A stretch of DNA of 64,000 bases from Thermodesulfobacteriota bacterium (GCA_965216785.1 OZ244197.1:224001-288000), one strand, 5' to 3'. Counted from the first letter of the stretch, positions 9,175 through 19,282 are shown. A program made the numbers and translations. Notes: generated from the letters alone by a model not told the origin.

Positions 9175-10032
9175 TTATTTTCTGGCCATTATAAACCATG
9201 TGCTTGAGGGCATATAGATACCGCCTTCTTTTTCATGTGGCATCATCGAGTTCTTCATGTCCTCTCTTATCTGCGGGAGCTTTTGCTGCCCCAGCTCCTC
9301 CGCTTCACGGATAATTTCCCCGGAAGGACCTACCAGAATCTGAAAATCTATCGCCTCTTCCATGCTCGTTCCGATGCAAACTTCAGCATCGTTTCTCCTG
9401 AATAAAACGATATCCTCAAAGCCTGCCGCGTTTAACATTGCCCTTGTGGTTTCTTCATCCGCAAGCGCGAACGGGCCCGGTCCGCAGGTCGCCGCATTGT
9501 CCCCCGGAGGCGGCAGGTGCTTTAGCGCTATGTCCTTTGCCATACCCCAGCACGGGTTGTCGGAGATAGTTCTCCAGACTATCAGGCAAAGCTTACCGCC
9601 TGGTTTTAAAGCCTTGTGAGCGTTTCTGAGAGCAAATACGATATTCTGGAAAAACATCACTCCAAAGCGTGAATATACAACGTCGTAATAATTTTCGGGG
9701 AGCTCGTGAGTCATAGCGTCGCCCAAAACAAACTCGACGTTCTTAAGACCCGATTCGTCTAATTCCTTGTTTGCAATATCCAAGAACGCCTGCGTGCAGT
9801 CAAGACCAAGCACTTCGCCCTCAGGGCCGACGGTCCTGCCTATTTCAAGGCAGGTCTCCCCGTAACCACATCCTATATCGAGCACTTTGTCACCAGGTTT
9901 TAGGTCGAAATACTCATACGCCATTTCGCTATGTACGGCGCCGTTACCCGAGAGCAGGTGCCGGAAAGTATTCCACTTGGGCACAAGTATCTCGTTCCAG
10001 CAGCTTATAAAATCGTCATTTGTATCTACCAT
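9175..10032 (-). CDS. Class I SAM-dependent methyltransferase
   Basis: Motif I 'VLDIGCGYG', 'SRFGVMFF', 'LKPGGKL'. Confidence 0.9.
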   Translation of the reverse strand: MVDTNDDFISCWNEILVPKWNTFRHLLSGNGAVHSEMAYEYFDLKPGDKVLDIGCGYGETCLEIGRTVGPEGEVLGLDCTQAFLDIANKELDESGLKNVEFVLGDAMTHELPENYYDVVYSRFGVMFFQNIVFALRNAHKALKPGGKLCLIVWRTISDNPCWGMAKDIALKHLPPPGDNAATCGPGPFALADEETTRAMLNAAGFEDIVLFRRNDAEVCIGTSMEEAIDFQILVGPSGEIIREAEELGQQKLPQIREDMKNSMMPHEKEGGIYMPSSTWFIMARK

Positions 10033-10289
10033 TTTATATCCCTCCAGATTTATTACGTAATTATAGGTGGATACCTACCGTCATTTAATATCCTATCAGA
10101 TTTTATACCAAGAGGTAAAGATATTTCTTCGATTAGTAAAAGAAAAAATACACCGTGACCATTTGTTTTTATACTCCTGCAACTTTAATTATTAAAGTGC
10201 AATATACTTATTAGGATATTGCTTTTGTCTGACCGTATTCATGGGCAGAGTTATAAAGAAATATCACAAATACTGAAGGAGGATAATCA

Positions 10290-11396
10290 ATGAAGAGATT
10301 TACGTTTTACGCATTAGCAATTTTGGTAGTACTAGTATCAGCACGGGGAGAATCCCGCGCATGCACCGAGACCAGGATTATGTCAAAAGACGGTGCCTGT
10401 GTTATAGGCCGCAGCATGGAGTTTGCCCAGGAAGTGAATTCAAACGTAATAGTTCAGCCGAGGGGTCAAGACAGGGTTTCCGGACTGCCTGAGAACAAGG
10501 AAGGCATGAAATGGACCTCGAAATACGGAGTACTTTACCTGGACGGATTCGGACTCGATATTGCAGTAGACGGGCTAAATGAGAAAGGACTCGCGGTGGG
10601 AGCCCTGTACTTTCCGGACGCAGCTGTTTACCAGGAAGTCGAGCCGGGAAACGAGTCCAAGGCGGTTTCGAGCATAGACCTCCCGCTTTACATACTACAG
10701 AATTTCGCCACAGTAGATGAGGTCCGCGAAGCGATCCCAGATGTAACCGTATGGGGCGCGAGGATAGAGGCGCTTGGAAACATAGTTGTTCCTGTGCACT
10801 GGTCCGTATACCAGCCCGACGGCAAGGGAATTATCATCGAGTACACAAAGGACGGGCTCAGCGTTTACGATAGCATAGGCGTTATGACTAACTCACCCAA
10901 ATACTCCTGGCACCTGACTAATATGAGGAACTTCGTCGGCCTGAATGCGGAGAATGCAAAGCCTGTAGTTATTGACGGAATAAGCTTTGCGGCCACGGGA
11001 CAGGGGAGCGGCCTGATGTCTATTCCCGGGGACCCGACGCCTCCGGCGAGATTTATTAGGGCAGGCGCCATGGCCTACCTCGCAAACAAGGTAGATACAG
11101 CGGAGCAAGCCGTGAACCTTGCGGTGCATGTGCTGAACACTGTAGATATTCCGCTCGGAACAATTAGAAACTTTGAGAATGGAGAAGTGTATCACGACTA
11201 CACTCAGTGGATTGTGGCGAGAGACCTTACGAATAGGATTCTTTACTTCCGCACGTACGATAATATGAATCTGAGAGTGGTTGATCTTAAAAAATTTGAC
11301 CTCAGTCCCGAAGGCAAGAAGTTTATTATGCCGATGAGTAAGGAAGTCATAGGCGCAATCGACGTCACGCAAGAGCTGAAACCAGCTAAAAATTAA
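10290..11396 (+). CDS. Secreted linear amide C-N hydrolase (choloylglycine hydrolase / penicillin V acylase family)
   Basis: Signal peptide then catalytic N-terminal Cys 'CT...GRSMEF', 'DGLNEKGL', 'MTNSP', 'PGD.TP..RF'. Confidence 0.92.
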   Translation: MKRFTFYALAILVVLVSARGESRACTETRIMSKDGACVIGRSMEFAQEVNSNVIVQPRGQDRVSGLPENKEGMKWTSKYGVLYLDGFGLDIAVDGLNEKGLAVGALYFPDAAVYQEVEPGNESKAVSSIDLPLYILQNFATVDEVREAIPDVTVWGARIEALGNIVVPVHWSVYQPDGKGIIIEYTKDGLSVYDSIGVMTNSPKYSWHLTNMRNFVGLNAENAKPVVIDGISFAATGQGSGLMSIPGDPTPPARFIRAGAMAYLANKVDTAEQAVNLAVHVLNTVDIPLGTIRNFENGEVYHDYTQWIVARDLTNRILYFRTYDNMNLRVVDLKKFDLSPEGKKFIMPMSKEVIGAIDVTQELKPAKN

Positions 11397-11424
11397 TCAG
11401 TACAAACCGCTGACATTAACTCAA

Positions 11425-11451
11425 TCCCCCTCGTGTCGGTACGAGGGGGGA
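11425..11451 (+). terminator. GC-rich hairpin after the hydrolase gene (possible terminator or RNA stabiliser)
   Basis: CCCCCTCGT-gtcggt-ACGAGGGGG; no U-tract. Confidence 0.5.
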
Positions 11452-11689
11452 GCTAAGGATACATCATACTAATAGCTCCGCAGCTATTCAAAATATCTGT
11501 CAGATATTCTTACACCATACGTGCGCATTAACAATATTCCCAATCTAATCCCCATATATCACTGAATATTATAGTGGTACATGTCTTGCTTTATTTGCTT
11601 AAGTCAAAGGGCGGGTTTTGTAAGAATTTGAGACCTAGAGCGTATTAAGAAAACCTAACAGAGCATTTATACAAGGGGAGGGAAACATT

Positions 11690-12640
11690 ATGACACGATT
11701 TAAAAATATATTATTGGTACTACACGGTAAGAATAACGAAGAAGCCCTCAAAAGGGCTTTCGCGCTGGCTAAAAACAATAAGGCGAAGTTAACCATCGTG
11801 GATGTCATCGAAGAGCTGCCTGAAGCAATGAAGGATTATCTTGAAATTATTTCGGTAGAAGAATTAGAAAAGATAGTCGCTGATGAGAGAGTCTCGGAAA
11901 TACAAAAGCTCACTAAATCGATTCCTACAAGCAAAACCCTCAAACCTGTGGTCAAAACTATAGTTGGTAAACCTCACATTGAGGTAATAAAGGAAGTACT
12001 TAGAAATAAGCACGACTTGGTTATGAAAACCTCGGAAGGCAAGGGAGGCACAAAAGAGGCACTGTTCGGAAGTATTGATATAAACATAATGCGTAAGTGC
12101 CCCTGCCCTGTATGGATGATTAAACCCAAAGAATCTACGAAATATTCCAGGATTCTTGCGGCGGTAGATCCAGACCCTTATGATAAAGTGGGAGATAAAC
12201 TCAATCAGAGCATAATGGAACTGTCGGTCTCAATTTCCCAGTTGGAGAAAAGTGAACTCCACATAGTTCACGCATGGAGCCTTTATGCGGAAAAGACCTT
12301 GAGCGGACCACGATTTCGTAAATCTCCAAACGTGATGGCTAAACTGCTTCTAGACGCTAAGAATTTTCACAAAGCCAACCTGGCTAAGCTTGTAAACAAG
12401 TTCCCCCTAGAAAAACTTAAGCACAAGATACATCTGCTAAAAGGCGACCCCGCACAAGTAATACCCAGAGTGGCAAAGAAAGAAAAGATTGATCTTATAG
12501 TAATGGGCACAGTCTGCCGCACGGGACTGCCGGGTTTTATTATAGGAAATACCGCTGAATCTATTCTCTACAATGTTGACTGCTCGGTATTAACCATCAA
12601 GCCACATGGATTTATTTCTCCTATCAAACTTAAAGATTGA
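11690..12640 (+). CDS. Universal stress protein with tandem USP domains (UspE-like)
   Basis: 'LFGSIDINIMRKCPCPVWMIK' and 'IVMGTVCRTGLPGFIIGNTAESIL..VDCSVLTIKP'. Confidence 0.92.
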   Translation: MTRFKNILLVLHGKNNEEALKRAFALAKNNKAKLTIVDVIEELPEAMKDYLEIISVEELEKIVADERVSEIQKLTKSIPTSKTLKPVVKTIVGKPHIEVIKEVLRNKHDLVMKTSEGKGGTKEALFGSIDINIMRKCPCPVWMIKPKESTKYSRILAAVDPDPYDKVGDKLNQSIMELSVSISQLEKSELHIVHAWSLYAEKTLSGPRFRKSPNVMAKLLLDAKNFHKANLAKLVNKFPLEKLKHKIHLLKGDPAQVIPRVAKKEKIDLIVMGTVCRTGLPGFIIGNTAESILYNVDCSVLTIKPHGFISPIKLKD

Positions 12641-12706
12641 GTAATAACGCTCAGAATCTGGTTAACTATAATCACGGATATTTTGCAGGATAAAGGACTT
12701 TAAATT

Positions 12707-15400
12707 TTGTCTAATAAACCACAAACAGCTAATCCCTGGCATGCCATGGATCTGCCTTCAGTATTTGAAGCTCTAGATGCTACCGAGAGCGGTCTTACAG
12801 ATTCTGAAGCCCAAGCCAAACTAAGCAAATTCGGCCCAAATAAACTTCCGCAAAAGCCGCCCGCGCCTATATGGAAGATATTTATTAGGCAGTTCGGTAG
12901 CCCCCTTATATACATCTTAGTTTTTGCAGCTGCTATCTCTATAGTGATAAAGGAACCCACCGATGCTGCTTTTATAATGGCCGTACTGTTGTTGAATGCC
13001 ATAATTGGCGGTTACCAGGAATACAAGGCAGAACAAAGTGCGCAAGCATTACAAAAACTGCTCCAGATAAAAGCCGCTGTCCTAAGAGATGGAGAAGTAT
13101 CAGAAATTAATGCTGAGATGGTTGCTCCCGGCGATGTTGTTTGGCTGGAATCTGGAAACAGAGTGCCTGCTGATATCAGACTTCTGACGACACTTGGTCT
13201 GGAGGTGGACGAGTCTTTGTTGACCGGGGAATCACTCCCGGTACTAAAAGACAAATCCTGGACAGGTGAGGTAAACACACAAATCGCGGACCGGTTGAAT
13301 ATTGCCCATGCCGGATCAATAGTCACGAGAGGCCGCGCTAAAGGCCTAGTTGTTAGTACCGGCATGTCTACTGCAGTTGGACTTCTTGCTATGGATATTA
13401 TGGGAGCTTCAGGAGGAGAGCCGCCTCTAATCCTTAGGATGAAGAGATTCACCCGTGTGATCGCAGTGGCTGTGCTAGTTTCAGCCTTTGCCATTGGGGC
13501 ACTGAACGTATTGCTGGGTAGATACGATTTTACAGAAATGCTCCTCTTTGTCGTAGCCCTTGCAGTTTCTGCCATACCCGAGGGTTTACCCGTTGCAATG
13601 ACTGTGGCATTGGCGATTGCAACAACCAAAATGGCGGGGCGAGGAGTCATTGTTCGAAGACTCGCTGCAGTTGAAGGAATGGGCAGCTGTACTTATATAG
13701 CAACGGATAAAACCGGGACAGTTACACGTAACGAGCTTACAGTGAAAGAGGTGTATCTGCACACAGATAAAATATTTGAAGTTAGCGGTAGCGGATTCAG
13801 CCCTGAAGGACAGGTGCTCCTTGACGGCAAACAGATTGATCGGATCAGCAATCCGGAATTAGAGCTAATTGCCAGGGCTGCCGTGTTGTGTAATGAGGCA
13901 GATTTACATCATAGCGATGGTGGTTGGCGCTGGCGGGGAGATACCGTTGATATAGCGCTCCTGTCTTTTGCTCAGAAGTTAGGTTACAACCGGGAAGCCC
14001 TATTGGATTTATACCCTCAGATCAACCAAATTCCTTTCGAGCCGGAGCTCCAGTTCTCGGCTTCATATCATAGGGTCGATGCAAACTCAGTCAAGGTTTT
14101 CGTAAAAGGCGCACCTGAGAAATTATTGGAAATGTGTGAGATCGATGAAGTGAAAGATAAGATCAATTATCTTTCCATTGTTGAAGAGATGGCTGAAAGG
14201 GGTTATAGGGTCTTGGCTTTGGCTGAGGGGAATTTTCAAGATGAGCTCGACTACTCTATGGTGCCGCCAGAACCATCGGGTCTTTCTTTGTTAGGCTTCG
14301 TAGGAATGATAGACCCCCTGCGCACGGGGGTACCAGAAGCTGTAAAGGATTGCCAACAAGCAGGTGTATCTGTGTCAATGGTTACCGGAGATCATAGTGT
14401 TACGGCTTTGGCTATCGCTCGTGATCTGGGTTTAGCTACCGACCCTGCACAAGTCATTACAGGGGCTGAACTCATAGGAAAATCAGACGGAGATATGCGC
14501 GATATTGTTGCAGAAACAAAAGTTTTTGCGAGAGTAGGACCTCATCAGAAGCTCCAAATTGTAAAGGCTGTACGGGAATTGGGTCATTTTGTTGCCGTGA
14601 CCGGAGATGGAGTGAACGACGCGCCGGCTCTTAGGGAGGCAAACATAGGAGTGTCAATGGGTAAAGAGGGCACTGATGTCGCCAGAGAAGCATCAGAGCT
14701 TGTGATTAGTGACGACAATTTCGCTACCATTGTTGCAGGAATTGAAGAAGGCCGTGTTGCTTACGACAATATCCGTAAGGTAATTTATCTTCTTGTCTCA
14801 ACTGGGGCTGCAGAATTGGTGTTAGTGACCCTTAGCGTGATTGCGGGTCTCCCTCTCCCGCTGCTTCCGGTTCAAATTCTGTGGTTAAATTTAGTTACAA
14901 ACGGAATTCAGGACGTTGCGCTAGCCTTTGAGCCTGGCGAAGATGATATTTTAAAGAAAAAGCCTAGACCGCCTAATGAAAGAATATTTAATAAGCTTAT
15001 GGTCGAACGGACTGTGGTAGGGGCATTAACGATGGGCTTTGTTGGGTTCGGTTTTTTCTATTTCATGATGGAAAATGGTTGGAGTGAACATTCCGCGCGC
15101 AACGCATTACTACTCTTAATGGTTTTGTTTGAAAATGTCCATGTAGGAAATTGCCGCTCCGAAACTAAGTCCGCGCTAGTTCTATCACCACTCAAAAGCC
15201 CTATTCTTCTTATCGGCGTCATAAGCGCATTCTTGATTCACCTGGGCGCGATGTACTTACCGTTAGGTCAGAAAATATTGAAAACAGAACCTGTCGGGGT
15301 AGACACATGGGTCTTATTATTAGCACTCGCCCTGACAATTTTTATCACAATAGAAATCCACAAGCGGCTCTGGGCGCTTAGAAACAAGTCAGTCAAATAA
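12707..15400 (+). CDS. P-type cation-transporting ATPase (type IIA, Ca2+-ATPase-like)
   Basis: TGES, PEGL, DKTGT, KGAPE, TGD, GDGVNDAP, 'QILWLNLVT'. Confidence 0.95.
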   Translation: MSNKPQTANPWHAMDLPSVFEALDATESGLTDSEAQAKLSKFGPNKLPQKPPAPIWKIFIRQFGSPLIYILVFAAAISIVIKEPTDAAFIMAVLLLNAIIGGYQEYKAEQSAQALQKLLQIKAAVLRDGEVSEINAEMVAPGDVVWLESGNRVPADIRLLTTLGLEVDESLLTGESLPVLKDKSWTGEVNTQIADRLNIAHAGSIVTRGRAKGLVVSTGMSTAVGLLAMDIMGASGGEPPLILRMKRFTRVIAVAVLVSAFAIGALNVLLGRYDFTEMLLFVVALAVSAIPEGLPVAMTVALAIATTKMAGRGVIVRRLAAVEGMGSCTYIATDKTGTVTRNELTVKEVYLHTDKIFEVSGSGFSPEGQVLLDGKQIDRISNPELELIARAAVLCNEADLHHSDGGWRWRGDTVDIALLSFAQKLGYNREALLDLYPQINQIPFEPELQFSASYHRVDANSVKVFVKGAPEKLLEMCEIDEVKDKINYLSIVEEMAERGYRVLALAEGNFQDELDYSMVPPEPSGLSLLGFVGMIDPLRTGVPEAVKDCQQAGVSVSMVTGDHSVTALAIARDLGLATDPAQVITGAELIGKSDGDMRDIVAETKVFARVGPHQKLQIVKAVRELGHFVAVTGDGVNDAPALREANIGVSMGKEGTDVAREASELVISDDNFATIVAGIEEGRVAYDNIRKVIYLLVSTGAAELVLVTLSVIAGLPLPLLPVQILWLNLVTNGIQDVALAFEPGEDDILKKKPRPPNERIFNKLMVERTVVGALTMGFVGFGFFYFMMENGWSEHSARNALLLLMVLFENVHVGNCRSETKSALVLSPLKSPILLIGVISAFLIHLGAMYLPLGQKILKTEPVGVDTWVLLLALALTIFITIEIHKRLWALRNKSVK

Positions 15401-15562
15401 TCCAACACAACTACAAAAACTTACGGCCTCTTCAATCTAAATATTTTGAGGTACCCATTGTCTGTTACCGGCCTTCCCATCGCTTGAGTGTATGAATAAG
15501 TTCAGACCGATAGCGCCTTCCGACTCACAATAGATTAGTAGTGTGAAAAAGTAGTGGTAATG

Positions 15563-15635
<73 letters not shown>

Positions 15636-15800
15636 ATGAAGAACGTTTTAAACACTTAGATTGCGTTGTATGGTAACGCCTGGAATAGTTAAGCGGGTTT
15701 TATTCTACCTAACTGAAAATATACAGGCAAGGGTTAAATTGCATAGGCAATCTTGAATTACTCACTTCGGCATCTCTGTAATGCGCGATCATCTTTCTTC

Positions 15801-15941
15801 TTGATTTTATTCCTGCGGGCATCGCTGTGTTAATTTCATACCTGCTCTCGCTCACGAATAACATTCACTCGCGGCCCCCGGCCTCTGTCCCCTTGATTCT
15901 ATCCCTGCGGGCATCGCTGTACTACGCTTGCCTCTGTCCCC
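15801..15941 (-). repeat. Two tandem copies of the GGGGAC[A/G]GA hairpin repeat (second copy with an expanded loop)
   Basis: Minus strand: GGGGACAGAGGCAAGCGTAGTACAGCGATGCCCGCAGGGATAGAATCAA (15941-15893), then GGGGACAGAGGC...[longer insert]...CAGCGATGCCCGCAGGAATAAAATCAA (15892-15801). Confidence 0.8.
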
Positions 15942-15943
15942 AT

Positions 15944-15988
15944 AAAAGCAAAAGGGAGAACAGCGTAAGTAGCTTATGCCGTCCTCCC
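15944..15988 (-). terminator. Intrinsic terminator of the porin gene
   Basis: Long hairpin whose plus-strand A.C mismatches become G.U pairs on the minus strand; followed by UUUUGCUUUU. Confidence 0.7.
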
Positions 15989-16067
15989 CCCGCCCACACA
16001 AAGGAGATATGGAGAGATTGGAAATCTCTTATTTAAGAGTCTCTCTTTTTTTCTTTTTTAACTTTCC

Positions 16068-17417
16068 TTAAAGCTCTATCCAATAGAGCAACTGTCCCAT
16101 AATACCGTACTGATTCCTTTCGAAATCACCGTTGTCGGTCTCAAAGAACCTTTCATCCGAATGATCCCAGCGGAACTCTGCTCTGGCTTCGAAATTATCC
16201 AAAAAGCGGTTGTTGGCGATAAGACCTTTAAACGGTTTTAACGACAGCGTCGGTGTAAGCTCGAATAGCTCCTGACGAAGCCCCGTCCTAAATCCGTCAG
16301 CGTCGTCAAAGTACTCACCCCTAAGAGCGAGCGTAACAGCCGGATGAACGTCCACAACTATGTATCCCGCTATACCCCACCAGGAAGCGTTAATGTCTTC
16401 GGCGCCAACGTCGAGAATAAGGTCCTGCTGCCATCCGAAGTCTGCGTCTACGATGAACGTCAGCTTATCCATTAGAGTCATTGTACCGACAGCCGTAATC
16501 AGCTCGCGCCATCCGTTTGAAGAAGCGGTCTCGCCAATGGCGTTTTCAACCTCTACGAATTCGCGTCCGAAGTAGCCCGTTACCCCAAGCCACAGATCAG
16601 TTACCATGCCGCCTGAATAACTGTACGCTATCTGGCTTTCTATAGTAACGTCGTCATTTAGATCCTTAACCTGGTCCCATCCGTTGTTAAGACCTGCTGT
16701 GAGTGTAAGAGGACCTGCCGTGTAATCGGCCCTGATACCGGTGTGTGTGAATGGAATCGCGAACCCGAAAAGAATGGAGCGCGTGATGTTCGGGTTGTCC
16801 TTTGCCTCGATTACCTCATAACCTGCCAGCGTTACGAACTTACCGCCGTAGAAATTGATTCCGTTCCCAACAGGCGCAAGAAACTGGAGATATGCCTGAT
16901 AGGGATCCACGACATCGCTGGACAGACCGTTAGACGCGAGTAAAGGCGCCTGCTCGCCGAACAGTATGTCGCCTCTGAATCCGATCAAGTCCAATATTCC
17001 CCCTTCCATCGTCGGAGTCTTGGACACCGAAATGGTAAAGGCGTTTATTGAGAACTCCTGGTTGTCAGGATAAAGAGACCTTAACTGCAGATCATCCGTG
17101 GTGCCCTTATTAAACACGTACTGATAGGTAGTGTCTACGTAGAACCCAAGGTCTATGGCATCGAAAAAAGTCAAGATACCGTCGTACTTAAGGTCTTTAT
17201 CTTCCTGCTCGGACATAAACTTCTGAACCTCGGCCTGAGAGGCGGCTTTTTCGGCCTCCATCTGCTCAAGCTTTTGCATGAGTATCTCATTCTGCCTGCG
17301 GTTCTCCTCAATCATCTCTTTGAGCTGCTGCACTTCCTCATCACTGGCAGCATAAGAGGTCAAGCTGAGTGCTGCAACTGTCAAAAACGCTGCTAACACA
17401 ATCATTAACGTTCTCAT
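16068..17417 (-). CDS. Putative outer-membrane beta-barrel porin (OmpL-like/BBP2 type) with an N-terminal coiled coil
   Basis: Signal peptide, coiled coil, then 'GKFVTLAGYEVIE...N.N.TRS..F...PFTHTGIR', 'NGWD', 'RGEYFDD..G', 'RAEFRWD'; aromatic C-terminal strand. Confidence 0.85.
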   Translation of the reverse strand: MRTLMIVLAAFLTVAALSLTSYAASDEEVQQLKEMIEENRRQNEILMQKLEQMEAEKAASQAEVQKFMSEQEDKDLKYDGILTFFDAIDLGFYVDTTYQYVFNKGTTDDLQLRSLYPDNQEFSINAFTISVSKTPTMEGGILDLIGFRGDILFGEQAPLLASNGLSSDVVDPYQAYLQFLAPVGNGINFYGGKFVTLAGYEVIEAKDNPNITRSILFGFAIPFTHTGIRADYTAGPLTLTAGLNNGWDQVKDLNDDVTIESQIAYSYSGGMVTDLWLGVTGYFGREFVEVENAIGETASSNGWRELITAVGTMTLMDKLTFIVDADFGWQQDLILDVGAEDINASWWGIAGYIVVDVHPAVTLALRGEYFDDADGFRTGLRQELFELTPTLSLKPFKGLIANNRFLDNFEARAEFRWDHSDERFFETDNGDFERNQYGIMGQLLYWIEL

Positions 17418-17442
17418 TTCTGACTTATCCTCCCTTATTTTA

Positions 17443-17488
17443 TTTTATTCCCCCCGATCGCACATACTACGTGCTCCGGTCTGTCCCC
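17443..17488 (-). repeat. Single copy of the GGGGAC[A/G]GA hairpin repeat just upstream of the porin RBS
   Basis: GGGGACAGA-CCG-GA-GCAC-GTAGTAT-GTGC-GAT-CGG-GGGGAATAAAA. Confidence 0.7.
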
Positions 17489-17521
17489 AATTTTGTGTTG
17501 CCTTCTTAGTCATATTTAATT

Positions 17522-17548
17522 ACCGCTCTCCGCAGAGCAGAGAGCGGT
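17522..17548 (-). terminator. Hairpin between amt and porin
   Basis: ACCGCTCTC-N9-GAGAGCGGT inverted repeat; weak U-tract. Confidence 0.45.
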
Positions 17549-17571
17549 CCTTTATTATATTTTTCAAAGCC

Positions 17572-19008
17572 TCAGGTATTCTGCTCACTCTCTTCAAGTA
17601 CTGAGGATTCCTGAGCTTTCATATTCATGGTCGGGTAACTCATCGTAGAGCCGCCGGCTTCTGCCACCTGCTGAAAATCCGGGTACGCCATCATACCGTG
17701 CTCCCCGATATCGAGGCCCGCAAGCTCTTCTTCCTCGGAAACTCTGAGTCCCATCGTAACTTTGATAAGCAGGAAAAGCCCCAGCGCGCAAACTACGGTG
17801 AATACGCCGTAGGCCACGACTCCAATGAGCTGGGTGAAGAAGCTGAAATCGGCCGCGAATATACCCACGGCCAACGTGCCCCAAATACCGCAAGTGAGGT
17901 GAACGGATATAGCACCGACAGGGTCGTCGATCTTGGCTATCTTGTCGAAAAACACGACTGAGCCTACTACGATGAGCCCGGCTATGAAGCCGACAATAAC
18001 AGCGCTCATGGGGGTCATTACGTCAGCGCCCGCCGTTATACCTACCAGTCCGGCAAGAGATCCGTTTAAAATCATTGAGAGGTCAGGCTTTTTGAACAGG
18101 ATCCATGAAAGCACCATCGCACCTATAACTCCTGCCGCTGCCGCAAGCGAGGTAGTTACGAATACGAGCGATATCAATTCAGGGTCTGCCGAAAGCACCG
18201 AGCCCCCGTTAAAACCGTACCATCCGAACCATAGTAAAAATACGCCGATTGCCGCAAGCGGAAGGCTGTGTCCGGGTATCGGCTTTAAACCTGATTTCGT
18301 GTATTTCCCTAGGCGCGGTCCGAGTAATATCGCTCCAACGAGAGCGCCCCAGCCGCCAACGCTGTGAACGAGCGTCGAGCCTGCAAAATCATAAAAGCCC
18401 ATCGCGTCGAGCCAGCCGCCGCCCCATTTCCAAGAACCCGCAATCGTGTATACGATCGCGACGAATATGGTCGAGAAGACAAGGAAACTGCTTAGCTTAA
18501 CCCTCTCTGCAACGGCCCCTGAAACAATGGTGGCCGCTGTGGCCGCGAACATTGCCTGGAAAATAAAGTCCGTCCAGTAAGTGTATCCGCCGTCCGCATA
18601 CTCAATGAGTCCGGCTGCCCCCTCGGGCGCCGCAATACCGAAGCCAGCAAACCCAAAGAACTGACCTATGGAAAAGTCTCCGGGGTACATCAGATTAAAA
18701 CCAACCAGTGCGTAAGTGAGAATACCAATGGAAATAATCGAAACATTTTTAAATAAAATGTTTGTAGTGTTCTTTGCTCTCGTTAGACCGGATTCTAGCG
18801 ACGCAAACCCCAGGTGCATAATAAACACTAGGAATGTCGCAACCAGCATCCACACGTTGTTAGCCACAAAAACAGCGTCGACCGCCGTAGGCCCTGCCGT
18901 CTCTTCCTGGGCATAGGACGTATATCCGGCACAAATTAAGATCGCAAGCACCGATAAATATATAAAGGCGTGCGATCTATTTTTTAACCCGTTCAAAAAC
19001 ACTTTCAT
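17572..19008 (-). CDS. amtB: Ammonium transporter (Amt family)
   Basis: 'FQAMFAATAATIVSGAVAER', 'DFAGSTLVH..GG', 'LWFGWYGFNGGS', 'DDPVGAISVH', 'GLDIGEHG'; start at ATG 19008 after AAGGAGG. Confidence 0.96.
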   Translation of the reverse strand: MKVFLNGLKNRSHAFIYLSVLAILICAGYTSYAQEETAGPTAVDAVFVANNVWMLVATFLVFIMHLGFASLESGLTRAKNTTNILFKNVSIISIGILTYALVGFNLMYPGDFSIGQFFGFAGFGIAAPEGAAGLIEYADGGYTYWTDFIFQAMFAATAATIVSGAVAERVKLSSFLVFSTIFVAIVYTIAGSWKWGGGWLDAMGFYDFAGSTLVHSVGGWGALVGAILLGPRLGKYTKSGLKPIPGHSLPLAAIGVFLLWFGWYGFNGGSVLSADPELISLVFVTTSLAAAAGVIGAMVLSWILFKKPDLSMILNGSLAGLVGITAGADVMTPMSAVIVGFIAGLIVVGSVVFFDKIAKIDDPVGAISVHLTCGIWGTLAVGIFAADFSFFTQLIGVVAYGVFTVVCALGLFLLIKVTMGLRVSEEEELAGLDIGEHGMMAYPDFQQVAEAGGSTMSYPTMNMKAQESSVLEESEQNT

Positions 19009-19063
19009 CTCAAGTCCTCCTTTGATGATTGTTCTGATACATTCATTATTAATACTGGGTTTG

Positions 19064-19080
19064 TGCAAGAGCCATGCCAG
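19064..19080 (-). promoter_or_regulatory. Sigma54 (-24/-12) promoter of amt
   Basis: CTGGCATGGCTCTTGCA: GG-N10-GC, near consensus, about 55 nt before the start codon. Confidence 0.85.
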
Positions 19081-19190
19081 GTTGAAATTGTTAGGGGCCG
19101 GTTTAAAGAAATAGACCCCTACCCCCTATTATGATTGGATAAAATTGAAAATGGCGAGGAAGGACCTCAAAATAATATTATGAAAGGCTA

Positions 19191-19207
19191 TGCTTAGATA
19201 TTAAGCA
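19191..19207. promoter_or_regulatory. NtrC-type upstream activator site (TGC-N11-GCA palindrome)
   Basis: TGCTTAGATATTAAGCA, about 110 bp upstream of the sigma54 site across an AT-rich spacer. Confidence 0.55.
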
Positions 19208-19282
19208 CGGAGTGTTGAAAATCGGGCAGTACATATGCTAAATGATATCGACCCAGAACTGGGAGTGCCGGACCACTTAGTT

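Noticed and set aside
11429-11439. CCTCGTGTCGG matching part of tRNA-Phe as an att duplicate
   Set aside because: Only 11 nt, opposite orientation to the tRNA, and explained by a hairpin arm.
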